A stretch of 64,000 bases of DNA from an uncultured Pseudomonadota bacterium. Its GTDB lineage: Bacteria > Oederibacteriota > Muellerivitia > Muellerivitales > Muellerivitaceae. This document shows, one piece after another, positions 10,001 through 20,979 of this stretch (position 1 is its first letter; each line of letters opens with the position of its first letter). The position numbers were made by a program, and so were the translations under genes. A model generated the notes under the pieces. The model saw only the letters and a program-made list of their open reading frames with translations. It did not search any database and was not told where the DNA came from. The DNA lies in contig CAWIIP010000002.1 of the NCBI GenBank assembly GCA_963836235.1, forward strand, positions 224,001 through 288,000, in the 5' to 3' direction.

Positions 10001-10708
10001 ATGCCTAAAGTTTCATCTCTTTCCGTTTTTTTCCCCGAATATAACGAAGAAGCCAATGTCGAAAACATGATCCGCCAAGCCCAGCGGATACTCCCAGAAG
10101 TAGCTGAAAAGTGGGAAATTATCCCGGTTAACGATGGAAGCAGGGACAAAACTGGAGAAATCATTGACCGCTTGGCCAAGGAAGACTCCAATATCCACCC
10201 CGTCCACCACGAGAAGAACAAAGGATATGGTGGGGCAGTCATTTCGGGATATAACGCGGCGCAATACGATCTGGTTTTTTTCACCGATGGGGATTTACAG
10301 TTTGACTTAAGGGAAATCACGCTTCTTATTGAAAAACTGGACGAAGGTGATCTGATCTTAGGCTATCGGAAGAATCGTCGTGATCCTTGGAACCGTAAAC
10401 TGAACGCTTTTATGTGGGGCTCGCTCGTGAAATTGTTGTTTGGATTTCAAGTACGGGACGTGGATTGTGCCTTCAAGATGATCAAGCGCAAAGTAATTGA
10501 CAAGGTACAATTGTCGGCGGGTGGAGCCATGGTCTCCACTGAATTGCTAGCCCGATCGAGCAAATCTGGCTTTCGATTCGTGGAGGTAGGCGTTACCCAC
10601 TTACCACGGGTGGCGGGAACACAAACTGGGGCAAAATTGTCAGTCATCCTCAAGGCATTCGGAGAACTTTTCAAACTTTACGGAAAAATTAAAAATCAGC
10701 CAAAATAA
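10001..10708 (+). CDS. Glycosyltransferase family 2 (DPM/ArnC-like)
   Basis: VFFPEYNEE, VNDGSRDKT, FTDGDLQ and DVDCAFK motifs. AGGAG precedes ATG 10001. Confidence 0.9.
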   Translation: MPKVSSLSVFFPEYNEEANVENMIRQAQRILPEVAEKWEIIPVNDGSRDKTGEIIDRLAKEDSNIHPVHHEKNKGYGGAVISGYNAAQYDLVFFTDGDLQFDLREITLLIEKLDEGDLILGYRKNRRDPWNRKLNAFMWGSLVKLLFGFQVRDVDCAFKMIKRKVIDKVQLSAGGAMVSTELLARSSKSGFRFVEVGVTHLPRVAGTQTGAKLSVILKAFGELFKLYGKIKNQPK

Positions 10709-10738
10709 AAAAATGCTTTCAACCAAAAGCAAGAAGCA

Positions 10739-11719
10739 TTAACTTTGAGCCTGAAGGAAGCCGATATGGGTTTTCGCGTTTTGAATTAAGTCGGAATCGT
10801 TGGAATACTGCATTACCTTTTGCCAAGTGTCCAAGGCCTCTTGCTTTTTTCCAAGCTTCTCATAAGAGACGGCCATATCATCATAAATCTCAGGATCACT
10901 TGGACGAATCTCGGCAGCTTTTTGAAAAGCCATCAAAGCGTCGTTCGGTTGGTTTTTATCTAGATAAACGCTTCCTAAGTCATATTGATAATCGGCATTT
11001 TGATTGTCCAAAGCCACAGCTTTTTGGAACAAATCTAAAGCGTCATCATAATTACCAGCGTGATAATACCTCATACCAAGGTTATTAATTACCTCGGCAT
11101 TCGTCGGATCAAAATGAAGAGACATTTCATACATTCTTACGGAAGCATCGTTCATATCAAAACGTCCATAGAGATACCCAAGAGCAAAATAGGCCTTGGC
11201 ATAGGTAGGATCAATTTCTAAAGCCTTTTTGAGATAAGCAAAGGATAGTTGATAATGCTGACTGTCATATAGCTGTTTACTTTTTTGATAAAAAGTGTCG
11301 GTAGAACCAAGTTCAACCTGTGGTTTTTCAGCAACGGGAGAAGCAAGCGTCTTAACTATTGGAACCGCATGGTGGCCAATATGTTTGGAATGAACCGGTT
11401 TTAAGGCCAACACAGGTTCTTGAACCATCTTGACTTCCTCGGTCTCGGTTAAATGCCCAGTCCAGTGCGTAAACTCCCCCCAAAAACCACCACAAACTAA
11501 CAAAATGATGAGAAAGAGCCAAAGAATTTCGAGTACATCTTTACCAAAGTCTTTAAATCCAGGTTTCTTATTGGTATCTTCCGCCAGCTCGGCTTTTGCC
11601 GCTCCAACGGCGGTTTTAGGAAGTTCGGTTCCGCATTTGACGCAGATCATTGTGCCGTCCGGATTCTCGGCGTGACAAGCTGGACAAACAATCATTGAAG
11701 ACCTCGATAAGAAAGTCAT
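10739..11719 (-). CDS. Zinc-ribbon + TM + TPR protein
   Basis: CPACH...CVKCG double Cys pairs, one TM helix and C-terminal TPR repeats. Confidence 0.8.
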   Translation of the reverse strand: MTFLSRSSMIVCPACHAENPDGTMICVKCGTELPKTAVGAAKAELAEDTNKKPGFKDFGKDVLEILWLFLIILLVCGGFWGEFTHWTGHLTETEEVKMVQEPVLALKPVHSKHIGHHAVPIVKTLASPVAEKPQVELGSTDTFYQKSKQLYDSQHYQLSFAYLKKALEIDPTYAKAYFALGYLYGRFDMNDASVRMYEMSLHFDPTNAEVINNLGMRYYHAGNYDDALDLFQKAVALDNQNADYQYDLGSVYLDKNQPNDALMAFQKAAEIRPSDPEIYDDMAVSYEKLGKKQEALDTWQKVMQYSNDSDLIQNAKTHIGFLQAQS

Positions 11720-12012
11720 TAATCATCAGGCGTCGAAACCGCCTTTATGATTCAAACTCCGCTACTAAAACCGTTAACAGATCACTTTCAATTGCCAGAA
11801 AAACCATGATACTTTAACCCGTTGTAGTAAAATCTGTCAACTTTTAGGTAGAAGTCAACTTTTGTTGCTCAAACCGATTTTTTTGAAAAAAATGATCTAA
11901 TCGCGCAAGGTTTACCGATTATTCACATCAAAAACAAAGATGCTCATATTTTTGAAAAACGTAAATATTAGTCTCATATCCCTAAACCCAATTAAAAGCT
12001 TTAACTTTCGTA

Positions 12013-13221
12013 CTATTTTTTTGGAACGTCAGCATTTCTTGAATCTTCGACGATTATCTTTATGCGTTGGGATAACTTTTGAAGATGGCTTAAACTATCT
12101 TCTACTGATTCAAATTTTTCTTTCACCTGATCTCCTGCCAAATAAACTTTATTAATTAATTGAAGCAAGAGTTCATTGTCATTCCGTTGATCCTCCAAAG
12201 CTTGGGATATTTCACCCAGTAATCCTCCGGCCTTGCGAACAGACTTAACAATATTCATAAATACATCTCCAGCGCTATAAACCACGTTCACATTTTCTTC
12301 AATTTTACCGGTTGTACTTATAAGGGAAATGGCGCTTGCCGTTTTTGCTCGAATACCATCTACCAGATGCTTTACGTCTCCCGAGGCCTTGGCAGAAGCC
12401 TCAGCAAGTATTTTGATTTCACTCGCAACCACGGCAAAACCTTGACCGTGTTCCCCAGCCCGAGCAGCCTCGATACCCGCATTTAAGGCCAATAAATTTG
12501 TTTTGCGCGCGATCGTAGTAATCGTTGCCAAAAAATCGCCGATCTGATCTGAAGCCAAATTTAGTTGTTGAATAACTTCCGCCGATGAACCGATGGTTGC
12601 CTTAATTTCAGTCATAGCCTTGATTTCTTTACCTACCGATTTAATTCCATCAGTGGCTGACCTAGCGGCTTCATCCGTGTCCGCCGCCACTTTTTTGCTG
12701 TCATTAACAATGAGCTCATTCAGTTGGAGCAAGGATTTATTAATACGGCCAGCCTTTTCAATATTGGACGACCAGTCGCGAATAACATCACGAAACGCAT
12801 GAAAGACCTTGGCCATCTTTTCTTGTTCTTGTAGAAAATCTTCCAATTCGGTTGTAAATTCGGGCAGAGCAAAATCAATAGGCTTCGAATCAGAAACCGG
12901 TTGAAGTTCCTTAACTGGGATTTTCTCCAACGTATTCTTCAAAGCGGCTTCCAAAGGTTTATCCTCACGTTCACTGAGAATAAAAATTTCTTTAGCGAAA
13001 TCCGGAATTGAAGAATCTTGTGAAAGTTGCCGCAAGTGCTCGATTTGGCGGTTTCGGAATAAATTGAGAAGACCATATCCAAAAAAAAACGCCATCAAAC
13101 CATCCACCACAAATGCCAAAAGAGGGCTCAAAAAAGAAAAAGTTAATCCGATAAAGGCGCCAAATAGAAACACCGAAAACCAATAAAAGAAAAAAGAGCT
13201 ACTGATTTTGACGTTTATCAA
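12013..13221 (-). CDS. Methyl-accepting chemotaxis protein
   Basis: [38 protein letters not shown] signalling-hairpin signature and two N-terminal TMs. Confidence 0.9.
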   Translation of the reverse strand: MINVKISSSFFFYWFSVFLFGAFIGLTFSFLSPLLAFVVDGLMAFFFGYGLLNLFRNRQIEHLRQLSQDSSIPDFAKEIFILSEREDKPLEAALKNTLEKIPVKELQPVSDSKPIDFALPEFTTELEDFLQEQEKMAKVFHAFRDVIRDWSSNIEKAGRINKSLLQLNELIVNDSKKVAADTDEAARSATDGIKSVGKEIKAMTEIKATIGSSAEVIQQLNLASDQIGDFLATITTIARKTNLLALNAGIEAARAGEHGQGFAVVASEIKILAEASAKASGDVKHLVDGIRAKTASAISLISTTGKIEENVNVVYSAGDVFMNIVKSVRKAGGLLGEISQALEDQRNDNELLLQLINKVYLAGDQVKEKFESVEDSLSHLQKLSQRIKIIVEDSRNADVPKK

Positions 13222-13225
13222 ATGG

Positions 13226-13603
13226 TCATTTACCGTCGGAATTCTTAATTAAATAATTTTTCAAGAACTCAACATCATCTTCTTTCATGGCTAAAAAGTG
13301 TAGCCCGCCACCCGTTTCATTAGCCCAAACAACTTCCGCAAAAGCCGATATAAGTGCGGATTTTTCGGGCAAAGAAATATCGAGTCGCAAAATACTTCCC
13401 ACATTCAAAATTTGATCCGCCACAATGTAAAGCCCGCCCAAACTCACATCCATGGTTCTTGTGGTTTGTTCTTTTTTCTTTCGCTCAAAAACGGTCTCTA
13501 ATTCTTTTTGGTCTTCTATAACACGATACTTCACTGGGATTTTGACTGAAACCCGGGGATGGATTCGCTTTTCCATGAACATATTGGCTTCTGGCATTGA
13601 CAA
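13226..13603 (-). CDS. PilZ-domain c-di-GMP receptor
   Basis: EKRIHPR (RxxxR) and DVSLGG (DxSxxG). Confidence 0.88.
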   Translation of the reverse strand: MSMPEANMFMEKRIHPRVSVKIPVKYRVIEDQKELETVFERKKKEQTTRTMDVSLGGLYIVADQILNVGSILRLDISLPEKSALISAFAEVVWANETGGGLHFLAMKEDDVEFLKNYLIKNSDGK

Positions 13604-13618
13604 CTCCTTACGCTAAAA

Positions 13619-14650
13619 TCAAATTGGTCTAAATATTAACGAAAGCGAAAAAAGTAACCCAAAATCCGGACGCCCTTTACCGCTAATAATTGGTTCAAAA
13701 GGAAAAGTTGACACTTTTCCATCCACAGAGAACTCCGGGTCTACCTTTACGATAAGTCCCCCGGTGGAAAAAAAAAGCCGATCCGTCGTTTGAATGGTCT
13801 GCCCCGAAACATCGAGAATCTGTCCATATGTCAGGACCTGGTGGTTAAATTCCATCAATCCACTCGCCCTCATTGCAAAATCATAATACAAACTGACAAA
13901 ACGCTTGGCCTGATGAAAAGCAAGATACTCCACACGTCCTTCAACTTCCAGATTATCTGGCCACTGAAAGACGCCCGCACCTAATAATGCATTGGAAGAA
14001 TCCAGTGTAATAGGTTGAGTTTTTTCATAGTGTATACTTTGAAAAAAAGAAAATCCACCCAGTTCTTCAGCCATGACCAGCCCTAAAGCTTCTTCGGAAG
14101 CCCCTTTTCCTGTTGAAAGAAGTGGATAGGCAAGATCAAAAGGATTGGTTCCCGTAGCGAAGCGATAACGACCATCCACACCTATAAAGTTGCCCTTTTC
14201 TTTCTCGCCAGTTACTAAAAAAGTGGCTCCTATCTCGATATCCCCAAGTTTCGCAACATTGTGCGTATTGCCATTGGGATCGAGGAGAGCGTTCGCTTCA
14301 AAAGGAAAAATGGCTCGTAACTGCAATTGGTCTGAAACCCAGCCTTTTGTCTGGACCCCATATTCAACGCTTCGTATTGAATAAACGGTTGGATTAGGTT
14401 TGGAAGAGAGTTGTTGAACACCATTAAAAAATAAATCGGGGACACCTATATTTACCCAATAAAAACTGGGACGTTCTTCTCGAAAGGTCGTAATTGAAAA
14501 CGAATCTCGCGAAAGATCAAATACAGGATAAGGATCTAACTCCACCGCGCTTACTTCGAGAGGATGGAAAGATAAAAATAAAACAAAGATGACCAAAGAC
14601 CGCATGAATTTTCTTGGGACTAAAAAAAAAGGCCAACTGTCTTTCTTCAT
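13619..14650 (-). CDS. Putative outer-membrane beta-barrel (MetA/phenol-degradation transporter-like)
   Basis: Signal peptide, LGDIEIG and STGKG motifs, amphipathic beta strands. Confidence 0.5.
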   Translation of the reverse strand: MKKDSWPFFLVPRKFMRSLVIFVLFLSFHPLEVSAVELDPYPVFDLSRDSFSITTFREERPSFYWVNIGVPDLFFNGVQQLSSKPNPTVYSIRSVEYGVQTKGWVSDQLQLRAIFPFEANALLDPNGNTHNVAKLGDIEIGATFLVTGEKEKGNFIGVDGRYRFATGTNPFDLAYPLLSTGKGASEEALGLVMAEELGGFSFFQSIHYEKTQPITLDSSNALLGAGVFQWPDNLEVEGRVEYLAFHQAKRFVSLYYDFAMRASGLMEFNHQVLTYGQILDVSGQTIQTTDRLFFSTGGLIVKVDPEFSVDGKVSTFPFEPIISGKGRPDFGLLFSLSLIFRPI

Positions 14651-14660
14651 TTTTTAATTG

Positions 14661-15227
14661 CTAGAACATATAAGCGAGATTTGCATTCGGTCGAGGAGTT
14701 ATCCCCAAATGCAAAGCTAAATAGTTCTTTTTATTATAGCTAGAAGCGGTATTGTAAGCGTCCTGTATTCCAAACCCGTAAACTGCCAGGGTCGCCAATC
14801 CAAACAAATTGCCGGCTGTCTCATTTTTAGCATCCCCCAAGCTATCAACTAATTGAAGATTATCTAAAGTTTGCCAAAGGCCGATTCCAAAAAGAGAAAG
14901 AAAAATAATTCCTTTAATCGGATCCCCGGCATAAATCTGACCGGAACCGGGGATAAAAACGGAAAAAAGAGCGGCTTGAGTAGGGCTCTTGGGTGAAAGT
15001 CCCGGAAGGGGTGTTTGAGTTGGTATAGCAATTTGAACCAAGGGAGCTACAACAGGAGTATCGGTCGGTTTTACAATATCCGTAGTGTTTCCCCACTCTT
15101 GGATCTCTGGAGGAGGCAATGGAGTAGGAGTAGCATTTTCAACATTCCAAAAACTGGGTGCAGCTTCCAGACTGGAACATAAACCAAATGCCATTAACAC
15201 CAAAAGAGCTTTAAATTTCATGGACAC
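14661..15227 (-). CDS. Hypothetical membrane protein (DUF5683/TM2-like)
   Basis: KSPTQAALFSVFIPGSGQIYAG motif. Confidence 0.6.
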   Translation of the reverse strand: MSMKFKALLVLMAFGLCSSLEAAPSFWNVENATPTPLPPPEIQEWGNTTDIVKPTDTPVVAPLVQIAIPTQTPLPGLSPKSPTQAALFSVFIPGSGQIYAGDPIKGIIFLSLFGIGLWQTLDNLQLVDSLGDAKNETAGNLFGLATLAVYGFGIQDAYNTASSYNKKNYLALHLGITPRPNANLAYMF

Positions 15228-15272
15228 TAAGGTATCGCTCCCTCAATAGGCTGTCAAGAAAACTGCTCAGTT

Positions 15273-16856
15273 TCAAAACTTCACAAACTTCAAATCCTGA
15301 ATATGGGGTATCTCCCGCAGTTCAGCCATTACTTTTTCCGAAACATCGTTATCTACGTTGACCATGGCAATGGCCTTCCCGCCCACTTCTTGGCGGCCCA
15401 CATAAAGTCCAGCAATATTCACTCCATTGCTACCGAGAGCAGTTCCTAGCTTTCCGACAATTCCGGGCCTATCCTCATGAGCCATCCAAATCATATTCCC
15501 AACGGGAGTGAAATCAGTGGTATTGCCGTCGAGATTCACAATACGAAATTCCTTCTTACCAAAAACTGTCCCCGAAATGGCATGAGTTCCTTTTTCATTT
15601 TTGACAGTCACGGTGATCAAAGAGGAATAATCCCCGACAGCGTTATTTACGGTTTCGGAAATTTCATATCCACGCTCTTTTGCGATGAAAAGGGCGTTAA
15701 CGTAATTGACGGACGCACTCATACCCTTTTGGAGTATTCCTTTTACCAAGCTTAAGGTCAGTGGTTTGGTGTCAAACTTGGTCACTTCCCCGTTATATTC
15801 AACATGGATACTCTTGATGAAGGATTCGGCCAATTGGGAATGGAAAGAGCCGATTTTTTCAATCAAAATCAAATAGGGCTTTAACTCCTCCATAATTTTA
15901 GGATCCAGGGAAGGCATATTGACCGCCGCTTTAACCCTTCCACCTTTCAAGGCTTCCACCATTTGCTCCGCCACGACAACCGCCACGTTGACTTGGGCCT
16001 CTTGGGTGGCCGCACCCAAATGAGGAACACAGACCACGTTTTCCAGGGTCAATAAGGGGCTGTCGAAGGGAGGCTCTTTTTCAAAAACATCCAAAGCCGC
16101 TCCGGCGATTTTTCCACTTTTCAAACCTTCACAAAGAGCCGTTTCATCAATGATCCCGCCACGAGCACAATTCACCAATCGGACTCCGTTTTTCATTGCT
16201 TCAATCTGTTTTGCGCCGATGAGTCCCTTGGTCTCTTTGGTCAGGGGGGTATGAACCGTAATGAAATCCGATTTTTTTATGATTTCCTCAAGGGTGACGA
16301 TCTCAAATTCGTGACCCTTATTTTTGGCCGGATCCACGTAAGGGTCATAGGCCAAGATTCTCATGCCAAGACCAATAGCTTTGCGAGCAACATTGGTTCC
16401 AATGCGTCCCAATCCCACCACTCCCAAAATTTTCTCATTCAACTCACATCCAATGAACTTGCTCCGTTCCCATTTTTTTTCCTTAAGGGACTGTTGAGCC
16501 TGTGGGATTTTGCGGGCCATCGCCATCAACATGGCAATCGTGTGCTCGGATGTGGAAATGGTGTTACCGTCGGGGGTATTCATGACGATAATTCCGCGCT
16601 TGGTGGCGGCTTCTAAATCGACATTATCCACTCCCACTCCGGCCCGGCCGATAATCTTCATTTTCGTGGCGGCTTGGATCAAATCGGCCGTGACAATCGT
16701 GCCGCTCCGGATAACCCAGGCGTCATATTCAGGAAGTATTTTTTTGAGATCATCAGGAGTTTTTCCAAAGTGTTCTTCGGTCTGAAAATCTTTTTCTTTT
16801 TTGAAAATTTCCATCCCCTGCTCGGAAAGTTTGTCGGTAATTAATACTTTAAACAT
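15273..16856 (-). CDS. serA: D-3-phosphoglycerate dehydrogenase
   Basis: GRAGVGVDNVD, GLGRIG, NCARGG, PHLGA motifs and a C-terminal ACT domain (DRPGIVGKLG). Confidence 0.95.
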   Translation of the reverse strand: MFKVLITDKLSEQGMEIFKKEKDFQTEEHFGKTPDDLKKILPEYDAWVIRSGTIVTADLIQAATKMKIIGRAGVGVDNVDLEAATKRGIIVMNTPDGNTISTSEHTIAMLMAMARKIPQAQQSLKEKKWERSKFIGCELNEKILGVVGLGRIGTNVARKAIGLGMRILAYDPYVDPAKNKGHEFEIVTLEEIIKKSDFITVHTPLTKETKGLIGAKQIEAMKNGVRLVNCARGGIIDETALCEGLKSGKIAGAALDVFEKEPPFDSPLLTLENVVCVPHLGAATQEAQVNVAVVVAEQMVEALKGGRVKAAVNMPSLDPKIMEELKPYLILIEKIGSFHSQLAESFIKSIHVEYNGEVTKFDTKPLTLSLVKGILQKGMSASVNYVNALFIAKERGYEISETVNNAVGDYSSLITVTVKNEKGTHAISGTVFGKKEFRIVNLDGNTTDFTPVGNMIWMAHEDRPGIVGKLGTALGSNGVNIAGLYVGRQEVGGKAIAMVNVDNDVSEKVMAELREIPHIQDLKFVKF

Positions 16857-16870
16857 ATCCCATCCCGCGA

Positions 16871-18025
16871 TTAAAGATTTTCAGCCAAAAGGATTTCTTG
16901 GGCGGCTTTAACTCCAACACCCAAAGATACTTTCTTTCCCAATTTGTGCATGACCATTTCTAATATGGCAATTCCTAAAACCACATCCGAACCATCCACA
17001 TACCCCAAATGGCCGATGCGGAAAATTTTCCCTTTCACTTTGGCCTGACCGCCAGCGATGCTGATGCCATAAGTGTCCCGAAAAGTCTTGTTCACCAAGC
17101 CGCTATCGATTCCATCGGGTGAGATCACGGCGGTCAAAGCGTTTGATGGCGCCATAGGAGCAAATAATTTTAATCCAATGGCTTCAACCCCAGCTCGGGT
17201 GGCCTTGGCAAGTCCCGCATGCCTTTTCCAGACATTTTCCATGCCCTCTTGCCCGATGATTTCCAGGGCCTTCCGAACTTGGATAACGAGGGAAATAGCG
17301 GGTGTAAAAGGAGTGTCCGGCATCTTTTCCTCTGTCAGCTTTTTCAATGCTTTGTCGTAACTGAAGTAATAGCGTGGATTCTTGGTGCTTTTTGTCTTTT
17401 CAACTGCTGCCGGCAAGGCACAAACAAAGGCTAATCCCGGCGGGATCATGAAACCTTTTTGCGATCCCGAAAGAACCAAATCTACCCCCCAGGCATCAGT
17501 CTCACATGGCATGGCCCCGAGGCCAGAAATGGCATCTACCACGATTAATGCTCCAGCATCGTGAACTACCCTTGTCAGCGTTTGAATATCGTTAACGACC
17601 CCAGTGGAAGTTTCATTCAATGTCGTGAATACCAGCTTGATATCCGAGGAAGCTTTTAGCCTTTTCTTGACCTCTTCCGGATCTACGGCTTGACCCCATT
17701 CGGCTTCGTAAAGGTCGGCTTGTACCCCAAAAACCTGGCAAATATCTTTCCAGCGGTTACCAAAATGCCCAGCAGATGCCACCAAAACCCTCTCCCCAGG
17801 GGAAGTGAGATTGGCTACCGCCGATTCCATTACCCCTGTCCCCACCGAGGCAAAGGTCATAACGGGCTGTTGGGTGCGAAAAAACATCTTCAAGCCCTCA
17901 TGCGCAGCTTTGAAAATAGCCTGAAATTGGGGGGTTCTATGGTGCATGATCGGCATACTGGCTTCGGCCAATACTTCGGCCGGAATGGGGGTGGGTCCTG
18001 GAGCCATAATGTACTTTTTACGCAT
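16871..18025 (-). CDS. Class V PLP aminotransferase (serine-pyruvate/phosphoserine aminotransferase-like)
   Basis: MAPGPT, NETSTGV, VDAIS and SGSQKGFMIPPGL (PLP Lys). Co-oriented with serA. Confidence 0.9.
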   Translation of the reverse strand: MRKKYIMAPGPTPIPAEVLAEASMPIMHHRTPQFQAIFKAAHEGLKMFFRTQQPVMTFASVGTGVMESAVANLTSPGERVLVASAGHFGNRWKDICQVFGVQADLYEAEWGQAVDPEEVKKRLKASSDIKLVFTTLNETSTGVVNDIQTLTRVVHDAGALIVVDAISGLGAMPCETDAWGVDLVLSGSQKGFMIPPGLAFVCALPAAVEKTKSTKNPRYYFSYDKALKKLTEEKMPDTPFTPAISLVIQVRKALEIIGQEGMENVWKRHAGLAKATRAGVEAIGLKLFAPMAPSNALTAVISPDGIDSGLVNKTFRDTYGISIAGGQAKVKGKIFRIGHLGYVDGSDVVLGIAILEMVMHKLGKKVSLGVGVKAAQEILLAENL

Positions 18026-18105
18026 GGAAAACCTCGTAATTAAACCCAGGATTTGGGAGAGGGGACGTGGGTATTTTGCTTTGTTTTAGCTGTAAAACTC
18101 AGACA

Positions 18106-18123
18106 TTGTGATTTTTTTCACAA
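18106..18123. promoter_or_regulatory. Palindromic operator, Rex/CRP-type
   Basis: TTGTGATTTTTTTCACAA is a perfect TGTGA-N6-TCACA and has 1 mismatch to Rex TTGTGAA-N4-TTCACAA. Confidence 0.6.
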
Positions 18124-18133
18124 AGTAGAGGGT

Positions 18134-18161
18134 AGTATAATGACCGAAGTAAGAGTGTCAA
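18134..18161 (-). promoter_or_regulatory. Sigma70 promoter for the aminotransferase-serA operon
   Basis: Minus strand TTGACA-N16-TATACT. Confidence 0.6.
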
Positions 18162-18247
18162 GAGCGTCTTTAAAATTGAGAAAAAATTTTAAAAGTTCCA
18201 ACCGGTCGAGGCCGTAGAATCTTTTCAGAAACAAGGATGGAAAACCC

Positions 18248-19084
18248 TCAAACTGAAATCGTGTCTTTCAGAAAACTACTGATTAACTTTTCCACCAGCA
18301 CCGGGCTTTCCTGCGGCACCAAATGTCCAGCGTTTTGCACCACGACAAATTTAGCTTTTGGATACATTTTCTGAAAACACTTCTCACTATTAACTGTAAA
18401 TGTGTTGGAGGTTTCACCCCGGATAACTAAAGTGGGTTGTTTTAGCAAAAAGGCATATTTCCAAACATCCATTGGGATCGTCCGATAGATTTTAGCTTCC
18501 CATTCGGGGGGATAAATAAGATAAACCCCTCCAGTAGCGGAGGGCGCCGTCATGCTATCCGCATAAGCCCGGACTATCTCATCCGACCATTTTTTAAAGA
18601 AAGCCCGGCCCCGGAAATATTGGTATGCCGCTTCCCCGCTTTCCCAGGTCCTCTTCCTTCGCAAGGCCCCTTTAATTAAGTAGGACCTAGCTTCAAGGCC
18701 AAAAAACTTCATGAGTTTGATTTGCCACAAAAGTCTGGGAGCAAGCATGGTGGGATCGATTAAGATGACATGGCTAAAGAGATCAGGCTGTTTAACCGCA
18801 GCGTATAAGGTGAGAACCCCTCCCAAACTGTGACCGATGCCGATAACCTTTTTAACCCCGATCCCTTTTAAGCCACACAGTAAATCACCAGCCATTTGTG
18901 ACCAAGATTTAAGCCATTCAGGGGAAGTGTCGCCCCATAATGGACGTGCCGGAAAAGAGATGATGTGGAAATGGGGCAAAAGCGGTTGAAGAACAGTTTG
19001 ATACGTCTGAGGCGGAAACCCATTGGCGTGGGCCAAATGAACGAGAGGCCCGCTAGAATCGGGATTAAAATCGTAAAACTTCAA
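18248..19084 (-). CDS. Alpha/beta hydrolase
   Basis: HANGF, GHSLGG nucleophile motif and AGHLVP. Confidence 0.88.
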   Translation of the reverse strand: MKFYDFNPDSSGPLVHLAHANGFPPQTYQTVLQPLLPHFHIISFPARPLWGDTSPEWLKSWSQMAGDLLCGLKGIGVKKVIGIGHSLGGVLTLYAAVKQPDLFSHVILIDPTMLAPRLLWQIKLMKFFGLEARSYLIKGALRRKRTWESGEAAYQYFRGRAFFKKWSDEIVRAYADSMTAPSATGGVYLIYPPEWEAKIYRTIPMDVWKYAFLLKQPTLVIRGETSNTFTVNSEKCFQKMYPKAKFVVVQNAGHLVPQESPVLVEKLISSFLKDTISV

Positions 19085-20346
19085 GCCGTATTTTCGCCGC
19101 GGCCTTTTTGGTAAACCACGATTGGCTCTTCCCGTTTGAGGATGACCCCCTCGGTAATAACAACTTCTTTGATGTCTTTACGGGAAGGAATATCGTACAT
19201 TAATTCCATCATCACTTCTTCTAGGATTGACCTAAGCCCCCGGGCACCCGATTGCCGTTTAATAGCTTCTTTGGAAACCGCCTGTAAAGCTTCGGGCGTA
19301 AATTTAAGCTTCACATTCTCCATTTCAAAATAACGTTGGTATTGTTTGGTCAATGCGTTCTTGGGCTCCGTCAAGACCCGCACCAAAGCGACTTCATCCA
19401 ACTCATGCAATGCGGTAACAACCGGAAGACGCCCGATGAATTCAGGTATTAAACCAAATTTGATGAGGTCTTCGGGTTGAACTTGCTCGAACAATTCACC
19501 CAACTTCTTTTCTTGACGGCTCAGCGCCTCTCCTTTGAAACCGATACTACGACGGCCCAAGCGGCTTTCGACGATTTTCTCTAGTCCAACAAAAGCTCCT
19601 CCGCAAATAAACAGGATGTTACTCGAATTAACCTTGATGTATTCCTGATGAGGGTGTTTGCGCCCACCCTGGGGGGGCACGTTCACTTCGGTTCCCTCGA
19701 TAATCTTTAAAAGGGCCTGCTGTACACCTTCCCCCGACACATCGCGGGTAATGCTTGCGTTTTCCGATTTACGGCTGATCTTATCGATCTCGTCAATATA
19801 AATGATGCCCCGTTCTGCCCTTTGAACGTCAAATTCGGCGTTCTGAAGAAGCTTAAGAATGATGTTCTCGACGTCCTCTCCCACATACCCGGCTTCGGTC
19901 AGGGTGGTAGCGTCAGCGACGGCAAACGGCACATCCAAAATACGGGCAAGGGTTTGAGCCAAAAGAGTCTTTCCCACGCCCGTTGGCCCGATCAAAAGGA
20001 CATTGCTTTTTTGGAGTTCCACATCTTCCGGCCCTGTCTTAACCATCAAACGCTTATAGTGGTTATGAACTGCCACCGACAAGGTCTTTTTAGCTTTTTC
20101 CTGTCCAATCACGTACTCATCAAGGACCTCTTTGATATCAATCGGCTTCGGAACCGAAAGTTTCCCCTTTGGTTGTCCGGTCTTGGCTTCTCCCTTGTCC
20201 TCTTCCTTCAAAATGTCATTACAAAGAGCCACGCATTCGTTGCAGATGTAAACGGTCGGACCCGCGACGAGTTTTTTCACCTCGTCCTGGGTCTTGCCGC
20301 AGAAAGAGCATCTTAAAAATGAAATTTTATCTTTATCGCCAGACAT
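19081..20346 (-). CDS. clpX: ATP-dependent Clp protease ATP-binding subunit
   Basis: CSFCGK zinc-binding domain, [15 protein letters not shown] and [14 protein letters not shown]. Confidence 0.97.
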   Translation of the reverse strand: MSGDKDKISFLRCSFCGKTQDEVKKLVAGPTVYICNECVALCNDILKEEDKGEAKTGQPKGKLSVPKPIDIKEVLDEYVIGQEKAKKTLSVAVHNHYKRLMVKTGPEDVELQKSNVLLIGPTGVGKTLLAQTLARILDVPFAVADATTLTEAGYVGEDVENIILKLLQNAEFDVQRAERGIIYIDEIDKISRKSENASITRDVSGEGVQQALLKIIEGTEVNVPPQGGRKHPHQEYIKVNSSNILFICGGAFVGLEKIVESRLGRRSIGFKGEALSRQEKKLGELFEQVQPEDLIKFGLIPEFIGRLPVVTALHELDEVALVRVLTEPKNALTKQYQRYFEMENVKLKFTPEALQAVSKEAIKRQSGARGLRSILEEVMMELMYDIPSRKDIKEVVITEGVILKREEPIVVYQKGRGENTA

Positions 20347-20360
20347 TGTGACTCCAGAGT

Positions 20361-20960
20361 TTACTTTTTCTTGGTTTCGGGCCGTTTGGCTAAAATATCA
20401 TCAATTAAGCCATATTCTTTAGCTTCCTGAGCCGTCAGAAAATGGTCTCGTTCTACGTCCAGCTCTATTTTTTCAAGAGGTTGCCCGCTATGGAATGCCA
20501 AAATCTTATTCAGCCGTTCTCTTGTTTTTAATATTTCTTTAGCTTGGATCGCAATGTCCGTCGCTTGGCCTTGAGCTCCTCCCGAGGGCTGGTGGATCAT
20601 GATTTGGGCGTTGGGAAGGGCGTACCTCTTCCCCTTCGCTCCAGCCGTCAAAAGCAAGGCACCCATACTGGCCGCCTGACCAACGCAAATAGTGGAAACA
20701 GGGGCTTTCAAGAATTGAATCGTATCATAAATCGCCATGCCCGAAGTAACCACTCCGCCGGGGCTATTGACATACAAATTAATATCCTTGTCAGGATCTT
20801 CCGATTCCAAGAATAAAAGCTGGGCAATAATAGTGTTAGCCACATCATCGTTAATCGGCGTACCAAGCATGATAATCCGGTCTTTCAACAACCGTGAATA
20901 AATGTCATAAGACCTTTCGCCCCTGTTGGTTTGTTCTACCACAATCGGAATAAGTGCCAT
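20361..20960 (-). CDS. clpP: Clp protease proteolytic subunit
   Basis: [25 protein letters not shown] and IHQP. Confidence 0.97.
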   Translation of the reverse strand: MALIPIVVEQTNRGERSYDIYSRLLKDRIIMLGTPINDDVANTIIAQLLFLESEDPDKDINLYVNSPGGVVTSGMAIYDTIQFLKAPVSTICVGQAASMGALLLTAGAKGKRYALPNAQIMIHQPSGGAQGQATDIAIQAKEILKTRERLNKILAFHSGQPLEKIELDVERDHFLTAQEAKEYGLIDDILAKRPETKKK

Positions 20961-20979
20961 AAATTCCTCCGAAACTTAG

